IMG/VR virus record: IMGVR_UViG_2690316131_000024
Source of the DNA: a virus
Lineage: Duplodnaviria; Heunggongvirae; Uroviricota; Caudoviricetes
Strand: one strand, 5' to 3'
DNA length: 32,435 bases
Shown here piece after piece: positions 26,573 to 32,435 of the stretch; positions within the stretch are counted from its first letter, which is position 1, and every line of letters begins with the position of its first letter. The notes under the pieces are model-generated. The model made no database searches. It was not told where the DNA came from and saw only the letters and a program-made list of their open reading frames with translations. The translations under genes were made by a program, and so were the position numbers.

Positions 26573-26649
26573 TGTGGGGATTGTAGCATTGTTCTTTCTC
26601 ATCATCGATGTTTACTTGATGCTTGATTTGTGAATACAAAATCAAGCAT
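26573..26649 (-). promoter_or_regulatory. Candidate promoter and operator-like palindrome upstream of the methyltransferase
   Basis: Minus-strand extended -10 TGcTACAAT (+ coords 26580..26588) about 28 nt upstream of the TTG start. An 11-bp inverted repeat atgcttgattt-N9-aaatcaagcat at 26619..26649 abuts a TTGACA hexamer on the minus strand. Confidence 0.4.
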
Positions 26650-26663
26650 GTCAATCATTATTG

Positions 26664-28979
26664 TTAGTTTGTTTCAAATCCCGCCCAACCATCAGAAATC
26701 GGATATGAAAACGTTTTCCCATCATAATTTACGGTCGCGCCACGCGCCAGCGCCTCAAGCTCCCATCGCTGCGGCCTGATACCGTTCTGAGCAAGGTCAA
26801 CGCGGATACGGGTAATTTGCATTCTTTCCGACCGGGTCAGTCTGGCCGATGGTGCAATTTCATGTGGTTTTAACGGGCTTCCGTTTCTTTGCTGACGACT
26901 TGGCGTTCTCCGACCGTGTTTTAATGCACCTCTGAGCGCCCTCACGACCTCCGGGTCACTCCATTCGATAACACCGTCATCAACCAGATTAAGCACTGCT
27001 GCGGCGTGCTCAGAAGGTGTGGGAGCCGGTAACGAAGTATCACCACCGGTGAGTTTTCCACAGTTATTGACAGGACTCCGAGGCGCGGCGATGCCGCTTT
27101 TTAAAGTCAAAGGCTCAACGACCGGAACTTTCGGCACAATGCGCCAGTCCGTCGTTCTGGTGATATGAATATGACGCGCGCCGAGATGCGGCGCGTAAAT
27201 GCCGACCACTCTCTCGACTTCTTCCTCGTACTCGTTAACGTCATCCGACAGACTACGGGCGACCCTGACAGTCTGACAATCGCGCGGGACATTTGCCCCG
27301 CCCTGCGCGCTGATATACAGCGCAAAATCACCACTGTCTGCGGCGGCGCGTGCAGCCTCGACGCGCTCGTCAAACTCATCAGCAATGCTGACGCCGCGAG
27401 GCAATTTGCGTAGTTCACGGTAAGCCCCCATTGTCGGCAGGCCAACCGTTTTAAATTGCGGAATGCGCCACGTTGACGCCCATGCGGTAACAGCCGCTGC
27501 AGTGTCTTTCAGCGGCCTGCCGGTGTCGTTATCGAGCTGACCATCCAGTGCATAGCCGTCGATGTTTTTTGAAATGTATTTCGCGATATATCCCGCAGCA
27601 CCGCCCCGGTTAAGGTGTTTTGCCTGAAAACGGTTTCGCGCGGCTCCTCTTTCGTCGCCATCCTCTTTGAGCGCATAGCGACGCATGATTTCGATAATCT
27701 GGTTACGCTGGCGTGGATGACAAAAAAGCATCATATGCCAGTGCGGCGTTCCGTCGTGGTGTGGCTCGACGACTCGCAAACCGTAGACCTGTAAATCATT
27801 ATCCTTGAATGCCGTGCGCATCAGGCTCCAGATACGGCAGAGATAACGCTGCGCATCCTTTGGATTAAATGCCTCATCGTTCCAGCCGTGATTAAGCTGA
27901 ACGGTTTTACTTTCGCCTTTTCCGACCTGACGTGTCGGGTGATACTTTGACGGCGCGGTCAGCGTGATAAACATCCCCACATCACCCTCTGCGGCGGCGT
28001 AACGCTCAATACCGGCAATGGTGTTCATCAGCTCCATCCGGCGAATTTCAGGATTAGAAATACTGCCCATCACCTTACTGATAAGGTCGATGCGCTCGCC
28101 GGTTTCCCTGTTTTCAAGGTCACACGATTTAAGAAATTCCAGATTTGCCTGGCGGCGCGCACGCACATCACGAATGGCGTGTTTACTGGCATAAGGAGAA
28201 CGGTCTTTATTGACCTCCCCGACAGCTATCAGTAACGCCTCATGCCAGCGCATACGCTGGCCTTTAAGCTGATGAGTCCACCACTCATCGTTAAACAGGC
28301 GGGCAATGGCAGAATATGCCTGCCTCGTGGTCATCTGTCCTTTACGGTATTTTTTCCAGTAGAGCGGGGAAATATTGAAAGCACGTGCAGCGCCAGCAAC
28401 ATGACCATACAGGTGAGCCTGCGCCTCATCCGTAAACAGCGATTCTTTTTCACCATGCGCATCAACCCATGCATCGCAGAGTTCCTCATACATCATGAAA
28501 AGCTGCGATGAGATACGGGCGGCAAACTTTTTCAGCTCCTTGTCATTCATTCCCGGCAGGCGCGCATAGTGGTCACGCTCTGCCAGAAACAGCAACGACG
28601 CGTCGGTGTTCATTTCATGGCGCTGATTCACACGCTCAATGCGCGGCCATAAACGACGCTGAAAAGTAGATGTGAGGAAATAAAACCCGTGCACCGGGCT
28701 TTTATTGCGCCGGATGTAGTCATAGCGTGAAGTAAACAGCGAGCGCAAAAAATAAGGCAGGCGGTTAATCGTGGATAAAACACCTTGCACCTGACGCATC
28801 TCGTCACGTGTAAGAGGTCTTTCGCGCCCGACAGCCTCGCGTGGCGCGTTCCATGCATAAGCACCGGTAAACGCCTTACCGGTGCCTGCGGTAAATGCTG
28901 ACGGAGGGACAAAACGCCCGGAGGCTTTAACGGCCATATGAGCCAAAAGCCTCTGAACAACGCTTGCTGAGTTGCTCAA
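26664..28979 (-). CDS. A: Replication initiation protein A (rolling-circle nicking endonuclease), 771 aa
   Basis: 771-aa ORF (P2 gpA is slightly shorter; true start may be the internal Met at MAVKASGRF) with a central HxH and paired-Tyr region (GAAGYIAKYISKNIDGY), in the P2 gene A position. Confidence 0.88.
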   Translation of the reverse strand: MSNSASVVQRLLAHMAVKASGRFVPPSAFTAGTGKAFTGAYAWNAPREAVGRERPLTRDEMRQVQGVLSTINRLPYFLRSLFTSRYDYIRRNKSPVHGFYFLTSTFQRRLWPRIERVNQRHEMNTDASLLFLAERDHYARLPGMNDKELKKFAARISSQLFMMYEELCDAWVDAHGEKESLFTDEAQAHLYGHVAGAARAFNISPLYWKKYRKGQMTTRQAYSAIARLFNDEWWTHQLKGQRMRWHEALLIAVGEVNKDRSPYASKHAIRDVRARRQANLEFLKSCDLENRETGERIDLISKVMGSISNPEIRRMELMNTIAGIERYAAAEGDVGMFITLTAPSKYHPTRQVGKGESKTVQLNHGWNDEAFNPKDAQRYLCRIWSLMRTAFKDNDLQVYGLRVVEPHHDGTPHWHMMLFCHPRQRNQIIEIMRRYALKEDGDERGAARNRFQAKHLNRGGAAGYIAKYISKNIDGYALDGQLDNDTGRPLKDTAAAVTAWASTWRIPQFKTVGLPTMGAYRELRKLPRGVSIADEFDERVEAARAAADSGDFALYISAQGGANVPRDCQTVRVARSLSDDVNEYEEEVERVVGIYAPHLGARHIHITRTTDWRIVPKVPVVEPLTLKSGIAAPRSPVNNCGKLTGGDTSLPAPTPSEHAAAVLNLVDDGVIEWSDPEVVRALRGALKHGRRTPSRQQRNGSPLKPHEIAPSARLTRSERMQITRIRVDLAQNGIRPQRWELEALARGATVNYDGKTFSYPISDGWAGFETN

Positions 28980-29202
28980 CCTGCGCGTTTAAATCAGCAA
29001 AAGATTTTGCGCTTCCGGTCAGAATATCGTGATGCATCAGGCCGGAAACGAGCTGGCCTAATTTCGGGTAATAACCAACCACCGCCAGCCATTCCTGACC
29101 GGCGTTTTTACCGCTTTCCGCTCTCTTTTTCTCGTGGAGAATAAACTGAAAGCTGTCACTGGTAACGACATAACGTTCGCCAATTTCAATACGAATACTC
29201 AT
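28927..29202 (-). CDS. Hypothetical early protein, 91 aa (P2 orf83 position)
   Basis: ORF immediately upstream of A with start/stop overlap; identity by position only. Confidence 0.6.
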   Translation of the reverse strand: MSIRIEIGERYVVTSDSFQFILHEKKRAESGKNAGQEWLAVVGYYPKLGQLVSGLMHHDILTGSAKSFADLNAQVEQLSKRCSEAFGSYGR

Positions 29203-29423
29203 GCCGTTCTCCGGTAATGTTTGTTTTTTGCTTCAAAGACTGACTGACAGGAAACACAACGCGTGGCTGACGGATAAGCCGCACGACGGGCAGCAGGTAT
29301 TGGCGCGTCACACTCTTCGCAAACCAGCGCAGAAACACCGCAATGTTTTACCCTTGCCGCGTTAATCTGGCGCTCCAGTAATTCAGCCTGTTGTTCCTGA
29401 ATAAAATCCACGTTGTCCGGCAT
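29199..29423 (-). CDS. DksA/TraR-family C4 zinc-finger protein, 74 aa
   Basis: C-terminal CxxC-N17-CxxC (CEECDAPIP...CVSCQ) as in TraR/DksA-type zinc fingers; early-operon position. Confidence 0.65.
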   Translation of the reverse strand: MPDNVDFIQEQQAELLERQINAARVKHCGVSALVCEECDAPIPAARRAAYPSATRCVSCQSVFEAKNKHYRRTA

Positions 29424-29728
29424 TACCAGCTCCTTTTGTCGTTCAGCTTCTTAAATTCATCAGCGCAATAACTGGCGAGTTCTGTCGTTAATTTTGTCAG
29501 TTCATCCACTGAGGAAATTTGCTTGTGGAATACAGCGCGTTTAACAAGTAAATTGACCACATCAGACAGGAGGTTTAATTCACTCTGATAAATCGCGATA
29601 ACAGATTCAGTTATTTCGCGCTTCTCTTTATCAATACCAAGTTGAATAAGAGACAAATCACCATTTTTCATAACGGCGATTTTTAAGGCGTTATTCAGTA
29701 ATACAACCGAACGAGAACAGGACATCAA
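29423..29728 (-). CDS. Hypothetical early protein, 101 aa
   Basis: ORF with coupled stop/start overlaps on both sides in the B-to-A early operon. Confidence 0.55.
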   Translation of the reverse strand: MMSCSRSVVLLNNALKIAVMKNGDLSLIQLGIDKEKREITESVIAIYQSELNLLSDVVNLLVKRAVFHKQISSVDELTKLTTELASYCADEFKKLNDKRSW

Positions 29729-29949
29729 AGCACCTCCCCGCGAGACAATCCGATATTGTGAAATTTTTCCGACTCCTGACTGAGCAGCTCAACTATCTCC
29801 ACGCGGGATAACTCCGCCTTTGTGATGTGGCGAATCATGGCGTCAAGATGAGAAGAAAAGCGCGTCGCAGCGTCGGCCTGTGCTTCGGTTCTGGCCTGTT
29901 GCAGCAGTAATGCGTATTTACCGCACTGATTTTCAGAAACTGTATGCAT
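29725..29949 (-). CDS. Hypothetical early protein, 74 aa
   Basis: ORF in the early operon between B and A; identity by position only. Confidence 0.55.
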   Translation of the reverse strand: MHTVSENQCGKYALLLQQARTEAQADAATRFSSHLDAMIRHITKAELSRVEIVELLSQESEKFHNIGLSRGEVL

Positions 29950-30012
29950 GACTTTCTCCAGGCAAAAAGAAGCCCCGCACGATTAAGTGCGTTAAAAACT
30001 CTGGTTAATTAT

Positions 30013-30519
30013 TTAATGCAGATATTGCTCTGGTTTTACCGACGTCAGAATTGTCGGTGCATACTCAAACAGACTGAATAATTCACGTAATGCACGGAAT
30101 AAAGCATCACGCCAGTAACATGATTCTTCATTAATTCGCCAGTACGGCTGATTGAATTCTTTTTCTGTCAATCCCGCATGCATAAATAAAGTACGACGCT
30201 GACTGACTGTTAAAAAACTAATATATGCATACTCACTTGCGCCGACCTGACGGCGTTTTGAGAATGCGCCACGCAATTCATCAATTGCACAAACCAGTCG
30301 TTCACGTTCGACGTCGTTCATTTCTTCAAAACGCATCGTTGCGTGACGCTGTTTTAACTGTGCATGAAAGCAAACCGTTAGCCGTTCGCGCTCCATCATC
30401 TGATTATAATAATCACATGTATCCTGCCAGCGAGGGACGGCAAGATGCTTGCCAATTATCCGGCGCATAGCTGCTGGCTGTTTTTCAACGAGATTGAGCG
30501 TCATCACTGTCATTTCCAT
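30013..30519 (-). CDS. B: Replication protein B (helicase-loader-like), 168 aa
   Basis: 168-aa ORF in the position of P2 B (166 aa), downstream of cox. Confidence 0.8.
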   Translation of the reverse strand: MEMTVMTLNLVEKQPAAMRRIIGKHLAVPRWQDTCDYYNQMMERERLTVCFHAQLKQRHATMRFEEMNDVERERLVCAIDELRGAFSKRRQVGASEYAYISFLTVSQRRTLFMHAGLTEKEFNQPYWRINEESCYWRDALFRALRELFSLFEYAPTILTSVKPEQYLH

Positions 30520-30707
30520 ACCCTCCGGCTTTTCAGAAAGGTCAGAGCCTTTTTTAACGGACTCTGTTTTTTGGTGCGGATAATGATTCCCTTACGCCCC
30601 TTACCGTGGGTGATGGTGAAGTCAATCGCCCTGGGGCTTTCGTTACGCAATAACTGAGCAATACAACGCGGCTCATTCATAATCACAACCCCATCCACAA
30701 AAGCCAT
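30510..30707 (-). CDS. Hypothetical small basic protein, 65 aa (P2 orf78 position)
   Basis: ORF bridging cox and B with overlaps at both ends. Confidence 0.5.
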   Translation of the reverse strand: MAFVDGVVIMNEPRCIAQLLRNESPRAIDFTITHGKGRKGIIIRTKKQSPLKKALTFLKSRRVWK

Positions 30708-30970
30708 GCATCACGCTGTTCAACCGGTCGGTTATAAAACGCCTCACGTACAGCGCGATTAAACTCAGGAATGAAAACCCATTTTTCACCGGCACGAGCC
30801 TTCGGTTTGCAAGGATCACGCAATTCAATAATTGGTAATTTATTTGCCTTCACCATTTCACTGACGGCTGTCTTTGGCTTCCCTAATAAATCAGCAAATT
30901 TATCCACATGAACCGCATCAAGCGGATACTGAATCACATAATTTTCAGCGTCCATATATGGTACCCTCAT
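30683..30970 (-). CDS. cox: Cox (excisionase and early-promoter switch protein), ~90-95 aa
   Basis: First gene of the early operon, divergent from C; size and position as P2 Cox. True start may be the Met at codon 6. Confidence 0.8.
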   Translation of the reverse strand: MRVPYMDAENYVIQYPLDAVHVDKFADLLGKPKTAVSEMVKANKLPIIELRDPCKPKARAGEKWVFIPEFNRAVREAFYNRPVEQRDAWLLWMGL

Positions 30971-31091
30971 AGGATCCAGCCCTTTCTAAACCACTCAAAA
31001 CCGTTTAGATGCTGGTTTATTCTCAAATCAATGGAACCTATATAGGTTCCAGTTTTGAGGGAATTTAGTCCCTATATAGGCACCATGTCAA
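30971..31091. promoter_or_regulatory. Immunity switch region (divergent early and repressor promoters with candidate operators)
   Basis: 121-bp gap between divergent cox and C. Perfect 18-bp palindrome ggaacctatataggttcc at 31033..31050 and a second cctatatagg copy at 31071..31080 (centres 34 bp apart); the AT-rich cores could also double as -10 elements. Confidence 0.5.
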
Positions 31092-31385
31092 ATGAAATTA
31101 AGCGAAAAGATTAAGGCCTTGCGTGAGGCTGAAGGGCTAAGCCAATCAAAATTCTGTGAAATCATAGAGTTACCGCTAAGCACACTTAAAAAATATGAAG
31201 GAGGAAACTTTGAACCCGGTGGCACAGCTTTGCTAAAAATCACTATGCATCCCACATTCCAAAAATATGCTCTATGGCTTATGACAGATAAAACCGCGCC
31301 GGACGCAGGACAAATCGCACCGGCTCTCGCGCACATTGGGCCAGAGTCAACAGAGTCCAACCACTCCGCGAAAAGGATTGGCTAA
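31092..31385 (+). CDS. C: Immunity repressor C (HTH), 97 aa
   Basis: N-terminal HTH (SEKIKALREAEGLSQSKFCEIIELPLSTLKKYEGG) and conserved ...QIAPALAHIGPE... region resembling P2 C; transcribed ahead of int. Confidence 0.85.
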   Translation: MKLSEKIKALREAEGLSQSKFCEIIELPLSTLKKYEGGNFEPGGTALLKITMHPTFQKYALWLMTDKTAPDAGQIAPALAHIGPESTESNHSAKRIG

Positions 31386-31454
31386 CTCTATATAAAGATT
31401 ACATTTTCACCATTTGCTACCAAGATGGTGAATACAGCGCCGGAGGGCTTTCTT

Positions 31455-32435
31455 ATGGCAATTAAGAAGCTCGATGATGGTCGCTATGAAGTGGACATTA
31501 GACCTCGCGGTCGCGACGGAAAACGCATCCGCAGGAAATTCGAAAGAAAAGCTGAAGCACTAGCATTTGAGCGATACACAATCGCCAATGCCAGTCAGAA
31601 AGAATGGGGAGGCCAGCGAGCAGACCGCCGGACTTTGAGTGAGTTGCTGGACATCTGGTGGAAATATCACGGGCAAAACCACGAGCATGGAACAAAAGAG
31701 TTTAATCATCTACTCAAAACCATCAGCGGCATAGGTGATATACCAGTGAGCAGGATGAGCAAAAGGGCTTTGATGGATTATCGTTCCATGCGACTACGTG
31801 ATGGTATCAGTGCCGCAACGATAAACCGTGACATGTACCGATTATCCGGCATGTTCACAAAATTAATTCAATTGGATGAATTTTCCGGGCAACACCCAAT
31901 TCACGGACTGCCGCCACTGGCGGAGGCCAACCCTGAAATGACGTTCCTGGAAAAAGCAGAAATCGAAAAACTGTTAAATGTTTTGGCTGGTGATGACTTA
32001 CTTGTCGCGCTTTTATGTCTGAGCACCGGAGGAAGATGGACGGAAGTTGCCACGCTAAAACCAGCACAGATTACAAATTGCAGGGTTACCTTCCTGAAAA
32101 CCAAAAACGGTAAAAAGCGAACCGTGCCGATTTCTGAGGAACTGGAGAAAAAAGTTAAAGAGGAGGCCAGCGCCAAATTATTCAAAGTTGATTATGAGAA
32201 ATTTTGCGGGATTTTACGCAGAGTGAAACCTGATATACCACCCAATCAGGCAACCCACATCCTGCGGCATACATTCGCAAGCCATTTCATGATGAATGGG
32301 GGCAATATAATCGCACTGCAACAGATTCTGGGACATGCGAGCATTCAGCAGACGATGGCCTATGCGCACCTTGCGCCTGACTATCTGCAAAATGCCGTCG
32401 CTCTGAATCCACTAAAAGGCGGAGTGACGTTATAA
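31455..32435 (+). CDS. int: Tyrosine integrase, ~326 aa
   Basis: Start chosen at MAIKKLDDGRYEV (GGAGGG RBS 7 nt upstream; the ORF-track start is 10 codons earlier). C-terminal catalytic signature HILRHTFASHFMMNGG...LGHASIQQTMAYAHL of tyrosine recombinases; stop is the last codon of the window. Confidence 0.88.
   Translation: MAIKKLDDGRYEVDIRPRGRDGKRIRRKFERKAEALAFERYTIANASQKEWGGQRADRRTLSELLDIWWKYHGQNHEHGTKEFNHLLKTISGIGDIPVSRMSKRALMDYRSMRLRDGISAATINRDMYRLSGMFTKLIQLDEFSGQHPIHGLPPLAEANPEMTFLEKAEIEKLLNVLAGDDLLVALLCLSTGGRWTEVATLKPAQITNCRVTFLKTKNGKKRTVPISEELEKKVKEEASAKLFKVDYEKFCGILRRVKPDIPPNQATHILRHTFASHFMMNGGNIIALQQILGHASIQQTMAYAHLAPDYLQNAVALNPLKGGVTL

Noticed and set aside
1-32435. CRISPR arrays, tRNA or rRNA genes, IS elements
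   Set aside because: No regularly spaced short direct repeats, no tRNA-like cloverleaf-sized conserved segments and no transposase-like ORFs seen; the only large repeats are the invertase-associated ones already described.

Overview
The window is almost entirely one P2-like (Peduovirus-type) temperate prophage of an enterobacterial host, running from ogr (coordinate 1) to the integrase stop (32435), in reverse orientation to the standard P2 map. Identification rests on my reading of the supplied ORF translations against remembered P2 proteins, plus an exact match to the P2 19-nt cohesive end at 23240..23258; no database search was run. Gene order is ogr-D-U-T-E/E'-FII-FI | invertible tail-fibre region | H-I-J-W-V | S-R-lysCBA-K-Y-X-L-M-N-O | P-Q | cos | cargo | A-small ORFs-B-cox | C-int, so the att sites should lie just outside both ends. 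Two regions depart from P2. (1) Between cos and gene A, where P2 carries the exclusion genes tin and old, sits a visibly AT-rich two-gene cargo: a 652-aa protein with N-terminal GHKL (MutL/MORC-type) ATPase motifs and a C-terminal PD-(D/E)xK-like nuclease motif, convergent with a complete C5-cytosine DNA methyltransferase. I read this as a candidate restriction/defence module and the most likely novel system here. (2) Between FI and H is a Gin/Cin/Hin-type invertible tail-fibre switch with two alternative fibre C-termini and their chaperones, but with the invertase gene and crossover site present twice as a 648-bp direct repeat flanking a silent duplicate of the current fibre cassette, giving three crossover sites. 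Other supported features are the E/E+E' -1 frameshift site, embedded spanin genes, terminator hairpins and the cox/C operator region. All homology statements are from motif recognition and memory and should be confirmed by search.
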